From assembly GCA_963845515.1 (NCBI GenBank), contig CAWJSR010000057.1, positions 64,001 to 128,000 on the forward strand: DNA of 64,000 nucleotides, written 5' to 3'. The translations under genes were made by a program, and so were the position numbers. This document shows, piece after piece, positions 37,406 to 56,699 of the stretch. Position 1 is the first letter of the stretch. Each line of letters starts with the position of its first letter. Source of the DNA: an uncultured delta proteobacterium (GTDB taxonomy: Bacteria > Myxococcota > Myxococcia > Myxococcales > Anaeromyxobacteraceae). The notes beneath the pieces were generated by a model. That model had not been told where the DNA came from and did no database searches. It was given only the letters and a program-made list of their open reading frames with translations.

Positions 37406-38028
37406 CACCCCTCGGCCTCGAGCGCCCTCCGGAAGGCGTCCAGCTGCGCTCCGATGCGAGCGTCGACACGGCCGCCCGTGGACTCGACGATTACCTCGCC
37501 GGCCTGGAGCGTGGGGTCGTCGGCCACCGCCAGCGAGCCGCGCTCGACGAGCTGCGCCAGCGCTCCGCTGGCCTCTCGCACGGACGCGAGGTCCGTCGGT
37601 GCCACCCGCAGGACGATGTCTCCACAGCCTGCCGCGGCCCGGAGCGCCCTCCTCGCGACCCCCAGGACGGCCTCCGCGCTCGTCGAGAGCTCGCGGTCGA
37701 CCAGGCGACTGGCGATCCCGAGCGCAACCTCCACCACCGCCCCATCCAGCTCCGCGAGCCTGGCGTCCCGGACTTCCGCGGCCAGCGCCAACGCGGCGGC
37801 GGCGCGCGCCATCCCCTCGGCGTGCCCCTCCTGGGACCCTGCGAGCCGTGCCCGGCCCACCTCGTCCGATGCTGCGGAGCGCACCCGCACCGCCTCCGCC
37901 TCGGCGGCAGCGACGATCTCGCTCGCGCGCTGCCTCGCCGCGGCGACGAGCTCGTCCCCGCTAGCCCGGGACGATCCGGCCTCCATCATGGAGCCCTTCT
38001 TGAGCACGCGTGGCCTGGCGCCGTCCAT
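37405..38028 (-). CDS. SctL/FliH stator protein
   Basis: AxxxG repeats (GSQEGHAEG); DPTLQAGEVIVESTGGRVDARIGAQL C-terminal FliH signature. Confidence 0.85.
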   Translation of the reverse strand: MDGARPRVLKKGSMMEAGSSRASGDELVAAARQRASEIVAAAEAEAVRVRSAASDEVGRARLAGSQEGHAEGMARAAAALALAAEVRDARLAELDGAVVEVALGIASRLVDRELSTSAEAVLGVARRALRAAAGCGDIVLRVAPTDLASVREASGALAQLVERGSLAVADDPTLQAGEVIVESTGGRVDARIGAQLDAFRRALEAEG

Positions 38029-38160
38029 CGCGGCGCATCATACTCTCCGTCCGTGCCGGCGGGCGCACATTCTCACGGCGGGTGCGCCCACGGACGAAGG
38101 GCCCGGCGCTCGCGCACCAGGCCCTCCTTGGGAAATCCTTCGTCGAGAGCGGCGCTGGAC

Positions 38161-38887
38161 CTATGCGGCGTCCTGCTCGCCCGGCTCCAGGTAGTGAGCG
38201 AGGAACTGCTTGGTCCTGAGCTCGACCTGGCGAACGCGCTCGCGGGAGACCCCCCAGCGCTTCCCGATCTCCTCCAGCGTCCTGCGGCTGATCCTGCTGG
38301 AGCCGGTTGTGGATGATGTCCCAGCCCAGCTCGCCGACCCGCTTGCGGATCCGGCCCAGGGACTCCCGGACCTCTCCATCCGCCTCCACTGCAAGGTAGG
38401 TGTCCTCAGGGCCCGGACCGTCGTCCTCGATGCGCTCGAGGTGGGTCGTCTCGTTCTCCTCGTCCACCGAGCTGTCCAGCGAGAGATCGGCCTGGGCGAC
38501 CGTCCCGCTCTGTGGGCGAACGCTGCTCCTCGCCTCCTTGAGGTACTTGCCGACGTAGGCGCGGATCCACCAGACCGCGTACGTGGAGAAGCGGGTGCCA
38601 GCGTCCGGATCGAACTTCTCGGCGGCTCGCATCAGCCCCACGTTCCCCTCCTGGATGACGTCGTCCAGGCGGACCGCTCCGCGCCGCTGCTTGCGCGCGA
38701 TGGCGACGACGAAGGCGAGGTTGTGGCGCACCAGCTGCTGCCGGGCGTTGACGTCTCCGCTGCGGGCCCTGACGGCGAGGACGTGCTCCTCCTCACGGGT
38801 GAGCGGAGGGTACTCGCGGATGGTGTCGAGGTACGGAGCCAGGTCCTCGAACTCCCCTCCGCCGCGGCGTGCCGTTGCAGTCTTCAT
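38161..38887 (-). CDS. compact sigma-70 family factor (RpoD/RpoH-like regions 1.2, 2, 4); +1 frameshift near 38284
   Basis: YLDTIREYPPLTREEE, NLAFVVAIA, DVIQEGNVGLMRAAEKFDP..GTRFSTYAVWWIR, TLEEIGKRWGVSRERVRQVE. Confidence 0.88.
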
Positions 38888-39071
38888 TGTCGACTCCTGG
38901 AAAGCTGAACTGCGTCCGTCTGCCCTATGCGTCCCTTTGCCGCGGTCAACGTTACGTAACGGCACATTAGTAACGGGGACCGACAAAGTCAATGACCCCC
39001 AGGTGGGTCGTATACGTGGGCGCCGGTGCCGGAAGCACCCCCTGTCTTATCGGATGCTTGCGGCGCTAATG

Positions 39072-39106
39072 AGCGGGCCCGGCTCCTGTGAGGAACCGGG
39101 CCCGCT
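39072..39106 (-). terminator. hairpin downstream of rpoC
   Basis: AGCGGGCCCGGTTCCT-CAC-AGGAGCCGGGCCCGCT on the minus strand; weak U tail. Confidence 0.6.
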
Positions 39107-39133
39107 GGTGCGACAAGTGGGTCTAGAGCCGAC

Positions 39134-43321
<4,188 letters not shown>

Positions 43322-43369
43322 GGGCACTCCCTGGCAAAAATCCGATGACGTACGGGCGCTGGGCGCAAG

Positions 43370-47632
<4,263 letters not shown>

Positions 47633-47797
47633 CGCGATCGGTCCTCTTTCCTCGATTACCGCTTGAAACGGGTCGAGCCGGCGAACGGCCGGCCGACGCT
47701 GCGACTATCGCCGGCAAGCATTCGCCGACGACTTTCGGACCCGTACGCCCCAAAGCCTACCGGGGCCCAACGCGTATCCGTCTTTTCACAGCGGGTG

Positions 47798-47827
47798 CGG
47801 CGGAGCGGGCACCAGCCCGCTCCGCCG
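47798..47827 (-). terminator. 13-bp hairpin between rplL and rpoB
   Basis: CGGCGGAGCGGGC-ACCA-GCCCGCTCCGCCG. Confidence 0.5.
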
Positions 47828-47838
47828 ACCCGGAGTCA

Positions 47839-48213
47839 CTACTTGATCTCGACCTTGGCGCCAGCGGCCTCGAGCTTCTTCTTGAGCTCGTCCGCCTCGG
47901 CCTTCGGGATGCCCGCCTTGACCTCCTTGGGGGCTCCCTCGACCAGGTCCTTGGCCTCCTTGAGGCCGAGGCCCGTGATCGCGCGGACCTCCTTGATGAC
48001 GTTGATCTTGTTGGCGCCAGCGTCGGCGAGGACGACCGTGAACTCGGTCTTCTCCTCGACGGCGGCGGCAGCCGCTCCACCCGCAGCGGCCATCATCACC
48101 GGCGCGGCGGCTGCGCTGACGCCCCACTTCTCCTCGAGCTGCTTGACCAGCCCAGCGGCCTCCATGACGGTGAGGCCCGAGAGCTGCTCCACGATGGCAT
48201 TGAGATCGGCCAT
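47839..48213 (-). CDS. rplL: 50S ribosomal protein L7/L12
   Basis: [33 protein letters not shown]. Confidence 0.98.
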   Translation of the reverse strand: MADLNAIVEQLSGLTVMEAAGLVKQLEEKWGVSAAAAPVMMAAAGGAAAAAVEEKTEFTVVLADAGANKINVIKEVRAITGLGLKEAKDLVEGAPKEVKAGIPKAEADELKKKLEAAGAKVEIK

Positions 48214-48303
48214 TTCCTTCTTCCTTGTCTCTTATTCGGGCGACGTCTCCGCCGCCTCAAGCGTTGAGGCTCCGCCAAAAGGCGCAGCCGGGTTTACGTA
48301 CCG

Positions 48304-48828
48304 TTACTGAGCCTTCTCGAGTTGGTCCCGTCGAGCCGCGATCACGCGGGCCAGCTGCAGGCCCGGTGCCGCGATGACCCTGGCGAGCATCGTGGCCGGC
48401 TGCGCGATCACTGCCGCGATCTGGCCACGGAGCTCCAGGAGGCCCGGCATCTTCGCGAGGGCCTGAATGCCCTTCGCGTCGACGACGTTCCCCTCGACCA
48501 CCGCTGTGCGAATGGAGAAGGTCGCGCGGTCCTTCATGAAGTCCGCGAGGACCTTCGCCGGAGCGATGACATCGTCGTACGACATGACGATGGCGGTAGG
48601 GCCGACGAACCTGTCGGCCACCTTCTCGACCGGCGTGCCCTTGGCGGCGCGCGCGGCCAGGGTGTTCTTGATGACGCGATACTCGACCTTCGAGTCCCGG
48701 AGCTTCTTCCGGAGATCGTTGACCGTCGCGACGTCGAGACCCCTTGGCTCAGCGACGATGGCGATCTTGACCCTCGCCATCTTGTCGTGAAGCTCGGAGA
48801 TTACCCGTTCTTTTTCCGTCCGATTCAA
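48304..48828 (-). CDS. rplJ: 50S ribosomal protein L10
   Basis: RGLDVATVNDLRKKLR, VIKNTL, GPTAI; TTG start inferred. Confidence 0.95.
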   Translation of the reverse strand: MNRTEKERVISELHDKMARVKIAIVAEPRGLDVATVNDLRKKLRDSKVEYRVIKNTLAARAAKGTPVEKVADRFVGPTAIVMSYDDVIAPAKVLADFMKDRATFSIRTAVVEGNVVDAKGIQALAKMPGLLELRGQIAAVIAQPATMLARVIAAPGLQLARVIAARRDQLEKAQ

Positions 48829-48960
48829 GTGAGTTCTCACCACCTTCCCGACCGCCGGCGCCTTCGCGCCGGCTGGCTTCGTTTGGGCCTCGAACCGAGC
48901 CGGACGGCCGGTACGAAAACCCCCTGGCCAAGCAGGGGACGCTGCAACTCTTACGCGTTC

Positions 48961-49055
48961 CCGTCTCGGCGGGCTGGGACGACCTCGTCCCGCTTCGCCA
49001 GCCGCGCCCTACGACCTCTCGCACCCGGGCGCTGCCAGACCCGCTGTCTTGGACC
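48961..49055 (-). ncRNA. L10 leader (ribosomal protein autoregulatory RNA)
   Basis: Minus strand CCAAGACAGCGGG...CCCGCCGAGACGG upstream of rplJ matches the L10-leader core. Confidence 0.7.
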
Positions 49056-49105
49056 AGAAACCCCCGCCGGGACATTCCGGCGGGGAACTTCGAAAGCTCC
49101 CGCGA

Positions 49106-49807
49106 CTACTCGTGCTGCGAGCTGAGCTCGGCGAGATCGACCTTGATCCCGGGCCCCATCGTGCAGGAGACCGTCACGTTCTTGACGTAGACGCCCTTCG
49201 CCGTCTGCGGCTTCGCCTTGAAGATGAGCTCCATGATGACGCCGAAGTTGTCCTTGAGCTTCTGCGGATCGAAGGAGGCCTTGCCGAAGGGGACGTGGAC
49301 GATCCCGGCCTTCTCGACGCGGAACTCCACCTTGCCGGCCTTCTGCTCCTTGACGGCCTTCGCGACGTCCATGGTGACGGTTCCGACCTTCGGGTTCGGC
49401 ATCAGGCCGCGGGGCCCGAGCACCTTGCCGAGGCGGCCGACGACGCCCATCATGTCGGGCGCCGCGATCACCTTGTCGAAGTCCATGAAGCCGCCCTGGA
49501 TCTTCTCGGCCAGGTCCTCGGCGCCGACGATGTCGGCTCCGGCCTCCTGGGCCTCGCGGGCCTTGTCGCCCTTGGCGAAGACGGCGACCTTCACGGCCTT
49601 GCCCATCCCGTGCGGAAGCACGACGGCGCCGCGGACGACCTGGTCGGCGTGCTTGGGGTCGACGCCGAGGTTGATGGCGGCGTCCACCGTCTCGTCGAAC
49701 TTCTTGGTCGCGGTCTCCTTGATGAGCTTGAACGCGTCGTCGAGCTTGTACCGCTTGTTGCGATCGACCTTCGAAGAGGCCGCCTTGAACTTCTTTCCGA
49801 TAGTCAT
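49106..49807 (-). CDS. rplA: 50S ribosomal protein L1
   Basis: [32 protein letters not shown]. Confidence 0.98.
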   Translation of the reverse strand: MTIGKKFKAASSKVDRNKRYKLDDAFKLIKETATKKFDETVDAAINLGVDPKHADQVVRGAVVLPHGMGKAVKVAVFAKGDKAREAQEAGADIVGAEDLAEKIQGGFMDFDKVIAAPDMMGVVGRLGKVLGPRGLMPNPKVGTVTMDVAKAVKEQKAGKVEFRVEKAGIVHVPFGKASFDPQKLKDNFGVIMELIFKAKPQTAKGVYVKNVTVSCTMGPGIKVDLAELSSQHE

Positions 49808-49826
49808 GTCTTTATCCTCTTCGCGG

Positions 49827-50273
49827 TCAGCCGACGATCTCGATGCCCATGGACCTGGCGGTGCCGGCGATGGTCTTCATCGCGGCATCGACGCTGCCCG
49901 CCGTCATGTCGGTCATCTTGAGCTTCGCGATCTCCTCGAGCTGCTTCTGCGTGATCTGGCCGACCTTCTCCTTGCCCGGCTTGTGGGCGCCCGAGCCCTT
50001 CTTCTTCTCGGTGTGGAGCTTGGCGGCCTTCTTCAGGAGGATCGACGCCGGCGGCGTCTTGAGGATGAAGGTGAAGGAGCGGTCCTGATAAACCGTGATG
50101 ATGCACGGGATGATCAGGGCCTCCTTGGCCTGTGCCTGCGTGGCAGCGTTGAACTGCTTGCAGAACTCCATGATGTTGACGCCGTGCTGGCCGAGCGCCG
50201 GGCCCACGGGGGGCGCGGGGTTGGCCTTCCCGGCGGGGAGCTGCAGCTTGATCTGACCGGTGATCTTCTTCAT
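49827..50273 (-). CDS. rplK: 50S ribosomal protein L11
   Basis: [40 protein letters not shown]. Confidence 0.98.
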   Translation of the reverse strand: MKKITGQIKLQLPAGKANPAPPVGPALGQHGVNIMEFCKQFNAATQAQAKEALIIPCIITVYQDRSFTFILKTPPASILLKKAAKLHTEKKKGSGAHKPGKEKVGQITQKQLEEIAKLKMTDMTAGSVDAAMKTIAGTARSMGIEIVG

Positions 50274-50304
50274 GACTTCCTTCCGGGCCGCGTGTCCTGG
50301 CCCT

Positions 50305-50338
50305 GCGTGGTTCCAACGAGCCCTCGGCTCTTCCACGC
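50305..50338 (-). promoter_or_regulatory. candidate L1-binding leader hairpin
   Basis: GCGTGG-AA-GAGCCGAGGGCTC-GTTGGAA-CCACGC asymmetric-loop hairpin upstream of rplK. Confidence 0.45.
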
Positions 50339-50419
50339 TTCCGTTCACTGCTCACCGCGGTCGCTACGACTGGAACCTCTGCGACCCCGGTCCTGTTCCG
50401 CCGGCTGAAGCCGGCGGTG

Positions 50420-50959
50420 CTAGGTCTTCTCCACCTGCATGAAATCGAGCTCGACGGGCGTCGCGCGGCCGAAGATCGAGACGAGGACGCGGACCTTGCC
50501 CTTGTCCGGCTTGACCTCCTCGACCGTGCCGTTGAAGTTCGAGAACGGGCCGTCCACGACGCGGACCTGATCGCCCTCCTCGAACTGCACCTTGGGCTTC
50601 GGCTTGAGCGAGCCCTCGGAGATCTGGGTCGTGAGCCGCTGCACCTCGGCGTCGGTGATCGACGGGACGTCCCGGGGGTTCTTGGCGCTGCCGACGAAGC
50701 CAGTCACCTTGGGCGTACCCTTGACCAGGTGCCAGGTCGAGTCGGTCATCTCCATGTTGACCAGGATGTAGCCGGGGAAGAACTTCCGCTTCGAAGTCTT
50801 CTTCTCCCCCTTGACCATCTCCTGCACGACCTCCATCGGGATGAGAGTCTCGCCGAAGAAGTCCTGGAGCGCCTCCTGGCGGATGCGCTCCTCGAGGGAC
50901 TTCTTCACCTTGTTCTCGAAGCCCGAGTAGGTGTGGACGACGTACCACTTCTTCGCCAT
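50420..50959 (-). CDS. nusG: transcription factor NusG
   Basis: [35 protein letters not shown]. Confidence 0.98.
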   Translation of the reverse strand: MAKKWYVVHTYSGFENKVKKSLEERIRQEALQDFFGETLIPMEVVQEMVKGEKKTSKRKFFPGYILVNMEMTDSTWHLVKGTPKVTGFVGSAKNPRDVPSITDAEVQRLTTQISEGSLKPKPKVQFEEGDQVRVVDGPFSNFNGTVEEVKPDKGKVRVLVSIFGRATPVELDFMQVEKT

Positions 50960-51072
50960 GCCAATCTCCAGTTCCGCCGCCGTCCCACCCTGCCCGGCCC
51001 GTTCCTCACAACGCCGAAGGAGCCGAATGGGCGGCCCCCACCGCCCCGGCTCCCTCTGCCTCGCCGCCAGCC

Positions 51073-51477
51073 TCAGTTCGCGCGGTAGACGAGGCTGCTC
51101 AGCCAGGCCCAGGCGGCGTCGAAGCCACCCAGGATGATAGCGGCCACGAAGCTCGCGGCGATGACCGCGACGGTGGCGGCCCTCGTCTCACGCAACGTCG
51201 GCCATGTGACCCGGCGAAGCTCCAGCGCCACCTCCAGCGAGGCGGTCTGGGTCTTCGGTATGCGCCACGCAACGACGGCCGCGATCGCCGCCGCGGCAAA
51301 GCCGATGACCGTCGAGAGGCTCCAGCCCTCGCCAAAGACGGCGAAGTCGTTGATGCGCGCGTATGAGAACGCGAGCGCGACCACTCGCTCGAGGAAGAAG
51401 CCGAAGGCGACGGCCGCGAGGACGTAGAAGATCGCGACGTACCGCTTGGGCTGCTCCACCCCGCCTGCGTCGTTCAT
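51073..51477 (-). CDS. secE: preprotein translocase SecE (long form)
   Basis: ELRRVTWPT..ETRAATVAV; lies between tRNA-Trp and nusG. Confidence 0.92.
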   Translation of the reverse strand: MNDAGGVEQPKRYVAIFYVLAAVAFGFFLERVVALAFSYARINDFAVFGEGWSLSTVIGFAAAAIAAVVAWRIPKTQTASLEVALELRRVTWPTLRETRAATVAVIAASFVAAIILGGFDAAWAWLSSLVYRAN

Positions 51478-51520
51478 GACTCTGCCGGCCCTCTTCGGTG
51501 AAGTGGGACTTCCGTCTATG

Positions 51521-51596
51521 TGGCAGGCCAGGAGGGATTCGAACCCCCAACCCGCGGTTTTGGAGACCGCTGCTCTGCCGTTGGAGCTACTGGCCT
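51521..51596 (-). tRNA. tRNA-Trp(CCA)
   Basis: 76-nt cloverleaf AGGCCAG..CTCCAAA..GGTTCGAATCC..CTGGCCTGCCA. Confidence 0.96.
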
Positions 51597-51617
51597 AACC
51601 TGGTTCGCTCACCCGGG

Positions 51618-51776
51618 CTACTTCGTCTCCTTGTGCGCCTGGTGCTTGCGGCACCGGGGGCAGTACTTGGAGCGGTTGAGCTTCTCCTGCGTCTTCTTCT
51701 TGTTCTTGGTCGTCGAGTAGTTCCGCTCTTTGCAGGCGGTGCACTCGAGGGTGATGATGGTGCGATTGCCAGCCAT
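51618..51776 (-). CDS. rpmG: 50S ribosomal protein L33, zinc-binding (C+) form
   Basis: Manual translation [52 protein letters not shown] (below the ORF-track cutoff). Confidence 0.96.
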   Translation of the reverse strand: MAGNRTIITLECTACKERNYSTTKNKKKTQEKLNRSKYCPRCRKHQAHKETK

Positions 51777-51791
51777 GGCTTCACTTCCTTC

Positions 51792-52982
<1,191 letters not shown>

Positions 52983-53040
52983 GTTGCGCTCCTCTGTGTT
53001 CGGCGGCGGGTGACTTGGCTTCCCTGCGCGCTGTGATGAC

Positions 53041-53116
<76 letters not shown>

Positions 53117-53138
53117 CTTTTCTTTGTGTCGACCTCAC

Positions 53139-53214
<76 letters not shown>

Positions 53215-53264
53215 AAGTTTCGCTGCGACTTCGTCCTCGACGTTTCTGGGGTCGGAAGGCTGAT

Positions 53265-53350
53265 TGGTGGAGGGGGGTGGATTCGAACCACCGAAGGCGT
53301 AAGCCGGCAGATTTACAGTCTGCTCCCTTTGGCCGCTCGGGAACCCCTCC
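53265..53350 (-). tRNA. tRNA-Tyr(GTA)
   Basis: 86 nt with long variable arm, anticodon loop CTGTAAA, 3' CCA. Confidence 0.96.
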
Positions 53351-53398
53351 AAACTCTAGTTGCTCGTCCTCGTTGAACCTCTAGAACCCCACGCTCAC

Positions 53399-53474
53399 TG
53401 GAGCTGGCGGTGGGATTCGAACCCGCGACCTGCTGCTTACAAGGCAGCTGCTCTGCCAACTGAGCTACGCCAGC
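53399..53474 (-). tRNA. tRNA-Thr(TGT)
   Basis: GCTGGCGTAGCTCAG..CTTGTAA..GGTTCGAATCCC..CCA. Confidence 0.96.
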
Positions 53475-53551
53475 GAAACGACTGGGACTGATGCAGGTTG
53501 GCCGCCCCGGTCAATCTGAGGACAAGCCGCTCCTGCCGTGTGGAGCCGCGT

Positions 53552-53580
53552 CTTGTAAACAAGCGGCGGATTCTTGTCAA
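53552..53580 (-). promoter_or_regulatory. promoter of the tRNA-tuf operon
   Basis: TTGACA-17 nt-TACAAG followed by a GC-rich discriminator. Confidence 0.65.
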
Positions 53581-54338
53581 GTAGGTAAACCGGAAGGCCT
53601 TTTTTGGCCAGCCGCGGTCCGCTGCCGCGCTGCCTCGTAGAGTGCCACCGCTGCGGTCGCCGAGACGTTGAGGCTCTCGAATCCACCCTTCATGGGGATG
53701 CGAGCGACGAAGTCGCAGGAGCGCCTGACCAGCGGACGAACGCCCTCCCCTTCGCTTCCCAGCACCACGGCGATGGGGCCGTGAAGCTCGACCTCCTCCA
53801 GCGTCCTGTCGCCGTCGGCGGCCAGCGCTACGGTCCAGACCCCAGCCGCCTTGAGTTCCTCCAGTGATCTCGCAATGTTCACCACGCGCGCCACGCGGCA
53901 GCGCTCGATGGCACCAGCGGAGGCCTTGGCGACGACCGGGGTCACTCCCACTGCCCTGTCGCGGGGAATGACGACCCCGTGGGCGCCGAGCGCCTGCGCC
54001 GAACGGATGATGGCCCCCAGGTTGTGTGGGTCCTCGACCCCGTCCAGGACGACCAGCAGCGGCGGCTGGCTCGCCGCGGCTGCCGCCGCCAGCAGGTCCT
54101 CCAGCTCCGAGTACCGGAAGTCCGCGACGACCGCGACGACCCCCTGGTGGCGATCGCTCCCGGAGATCTTGTCGAGCCGCGCACGCGGCGCGTGGCGGAC
54201 CTGTGCGCCGAGCTCCCGGCCGAGCCGCTCCAGCTCGGGCGCCGCACGGACTCCGCCCTCCTGGAGCCAGAGCTCGGAGACCTCTCCGCCTGCCTGGAGG
54301 AGCTCCCGGACCGGGTTGACGCCGTAGACGAGCCTCAC
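53577..54338 (-). CDS. rlmB: 23S rRNA (G2251 2'-O)-methyltransferase
   Basis: YGVNPVRE, HQGVVA, LDGVEDPHNLGAIIRS, GSEGEG, SLNVS. Confidence 0.93.
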   Translation of the reverse strand: MRLVYGVNPVRELLQAGGEVSELWLQEGGVRAAPELERLGRELGAQVRHAPRARLDKISGSDRHQGVVAVVADFRYSELEDLLAAAAAASQPPLLVVLDGVEDPHNLGAIIRSAQALGAHGVVIPRDRAVGVTPVVAKASAGAIERCRVARVVNIARSLEELKAAGVWTVALAADGDRTLEEVELHGPIAVVLGSEGEGVRPLVRRSCDFVARIPMKGGFESLNVSATAAVALYEAARQRTAAGQKRPSGLPT

Positions 54339-54356
54339 GCGACCTCCGCCCGCCCC

Positions 54357-54842
54357 TCAGCGCACGTCGAGCGCCGCGGTCGCGGTCTCGTTGCGCGTCA
54401 CGCACCAGGCCGGCTCCGTCTCCTTGCAGATCGCGAAGCGGAGGCTGGCCTGGACCTGCTGTGCACCGGGAGCAGTCGCGGTGCCCACGACGTCCCAGCG
54501 CCGCCCCTTCGCGGCCGGATCGACCGCGTCGGCGTGGCCGAGCGTCGGCTTCGGGATCCCCACGCCGGGGCTCGGCGCGAGCGTGACCTTGAGCGGGAAC
54601 TCCTGCTGGACGTGCACGTCGGGGCGCGTCATCGTGATCTCGATCGCGAGCGTCGCCTCCGCGCCGCGCGCGACCGAGCCCGGCGCGAACGCCGCGCGGA
54701 CCTGGTAGCTGCCAGCCGCCTCGCTGACGGCGTCGTAAGGCGCCGGCGGTGCGGCGGCGGCGGGCGGCGGCGCGGCCGGCTTGCCCGCGTCACCGCAGGC
54801 GGCGGCGAGCGCTAGGAGGGCGATGGCGATGGGGCGGATCAT
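54357..54842 (-). CDS. hypothetical lipoprotein
   Basis: Lipobox LAAAC, Pro/Ala linker, beta-sandwich-like domain with a C-x7-C pair (DsbD-N-like, inference). Confidence 0.75.
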   Translation of the reverse strand: MIRPIAIALLALAAACGDAGKPAAPPPAAAAPPAPYDAVSEAAGSYQVRAAFAPGSVARGAEATLAIEITMTRPDVHVQQEFPLKVTLAPSPGVGIPKPTLGHADAVDPAAKGRRWDVVGTATAPGAQQVQASLRFAICKETEPAWCVTRNETATAALDVR

Positions 54843-54890
54843 GGATGAGGGGGCCTCGATGCGGCATCTATAGCACGGCGACCGCCGGCG

Positions 54891-55844
54891 TCAGCGCGGG
54901 CCGGCCGCCTGCCGGGGAGCCGCCTGGGGAGCGGCGGAGCGACGTCCGGGGCTACGCCGTTTGGGCGCCACTCCGGCCAGCGCCATGGCGCGCTCCACGA
55001 TGCGGCCGGCGACATCGACGCCGCATTCGGTCTCGGCCTCCCTTATGGACGGGGAGCTATTGACCTCGAAGACGTGGGGGCCGCCGTTGACGTCGAGCAT
55101 GTCGACGGCGCAGGCCTCGAGCCTCAGGATCCGGGCCGCCTCCGCAGCTATCCGGGCGTGGTGCGCCGGCAGCTCCACGGCCTCGAAGCGCGCCCCCCGA
55201 CGGAGATCCTTCGAGAGGCGGCCCACCGGCGCGCTGCGCCGCATGGCGGCCACCACCTCGCCGCCGATGACGAGCGCTCGGAGGTCGCGGGCGCGCCTGC
55301 CGTGCAGGTACTGCTGGACCACGATGTTCTGGCCAAGCCCCAGGATCGCCTCCAGCGCAGCCTCCAGTGACTGGAGGCTCTCGCAGATCATCACACCGCT
55401 CCGCTCGTTGCTGGAGAGGAGCTTGACCATCACGGGCGGCCCGCCGACCAGCCGCACCATCTCCTTCAGGCCGGAGGGGTTCGACGCCATGACCGTCCGC
55501 GGCACCGGCACCCCCTCCGTGGCGAGGAGCTGGAGGCAGCGCATCTTGTTGCGGCTGGCCGCGATGCCCCAGGAGCCGTTGAGGACCGCCACCCCGAGCA
55601 GCTCCAGCTGGTTCACGACCGCCAGGCCGTACTGGTGGACCGAGAGCCCGATGCGGGGGACCACGACGTCGGTCTTCGGGAACCGCTTCCCGCGCCAGTA
55701 GACCGCCGGACCGCCGGCGCCGAGCCCCATCTCGACGTCGAGCGGATCGACGACGCGGACGCCGAGCCCCCGCTCGCGCGCGGCCTCGCCGAGGCGACGG
55801 GTCGTGTAGATGGAAGTCGAGCGGGAGAGGATCGTCAGGTGCAC
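54891..55844 (-). CDS. RimK-family ATP-grasp alpha-L-glutamate ligase
   Basis: ILSRSTSIYTTRRL, VVPRIG, SRNKMRCLQLL, DLRALVIGGEVVAAMRR, FEVNSSP. Confidence 0.88.
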   Translation of the reverse strand: MHLTILSRSTSIYTTRRLGEAARERGLGVRVVDPLDVEMGLGAGGPAVYWRGKRFPKTDVVVPRIGLSVHQYGLAVVNQLELLGVAVLNGSWGIAASRNKMRCLQLLATEGVPVPRTVMASNPSGLKEMVRLVGGPPVMVKLLSSNERSGVMICESLQSLEAALEAILGLGQNIVVQQYLHGRRARDLRALVIGGEVVAAMRRSAPVGRLSKDLRRGARFEAVELPAHHARIAAEAARILRLEACAVDMLDVNGGPHVFEVNSSPSIREAETECGVDVAGRIVERAMALAGVAPKRRSPGRRSAAPQAAPRQAAGPR

Positions 55845-56012
55845 GGTGGCTCGCGAGCGTACGCCGAATCAGCGTGATTGCGAAGGACGCGCCCCCCCGC
55901 GGGCGGCCGCGCCGCTGCGTGTGCCGCCGCGCTCGAGCGGGGACGATCCCCCTCACCACACACCTGGTGAGACGAGGAGGGGGCAGCCGATGCCGGCCGC
56001 CCCCGCTCGCCC

Positions 56013-56465
56013 CTATTTCATCGCGAACTTGTCCGGGTTCTTCTGGAACTCCTGGACGCAGTTCTCGCAGCAGAAGAAGTAGCTCTTGCCCTTGTAGTCG
56101 ATCACCGGCGTGGTCTTGGCCACCTCGAACTTCGTCCCCATGACCTGACAGGTGACCATCGTGCCGACCTCAGCGGACGTCGGCTCGCGCGGCTGCAGCA
56201 GGCCTTCCGAGAACTTGTCGGGGTTCTTCTTGAAGTCGGCGACGCAGTGATCGCAGCAGAAGAAGTAGCTCTTGCCCTTGTAGTCGATGACCTGGGTGTT
56301 CTTGGCCACCTCGAAGTTGATGTTCATCACGGGACAGAGCGCCTTCTTCCCGACCTCGGCCGGAGTCGCATGGCGGACCTTCATGGTCTCCGTGGCGGTC
56401 GCGCGACCGACGCCGAGGAAGCCGATGCACAGCGCGAGAGCGGCCAGCGATACATGACGCCTCAT
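56013..56465 (-). CDS. secreted protein with two tandem YHS/TRASH metal-binding domains
   Basis: Signal peptide; repeats of C(P/Q)VM...YKGKSYFFCCxxC..F.KNPDKF with a 62-aa period. Confidence 0.88.
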   Translation of the reverse strand: MRRHVSLAALALCIGFLGVGRATATETMKVRHATPAEVGKKALCPVMNINFEVAKNTQVIDYKGKSYFFCCDHCVADFKKNPDKFSEGLLQPREPTSAEVGTMVTCQVMGTKFEVAKTTPVIDYKGKSYFFCCENCVQEFQKNPDKFAMK

Positions 56466-56620
56466 GGGTAGCTCCTCATGGGTTCGCAGCGCCGATGAAC
56501 GCGGCACTGGCCCCGCAAGGAAGGGGCGCCGTCCGCTCGATTCAAGAACCCTCCGAGGTGCTCGCGGCGTTTCCCGGTGTTGCAAGGCGGCCGAGGGGCC
56601 GATGAGCCGCGCGCGGCGCG

Positions 56621-56647
56621 AAAAGGGCCGCCCCGGAGGGCGGCCCT
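56621..56647 (-). terminator. intrinsic terminator after dnaK
   Basis: AGGGCCGCCC-TCCG-GGGCGGCCCT followed by TTT on the minus strand. Confidence 0.7.
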
Positions 56648-56699
56648 GCGCGCTTCGACCCCCTGCCCTCCCCGCCCGGAGGCGGGAGAGGGGGGCGCC

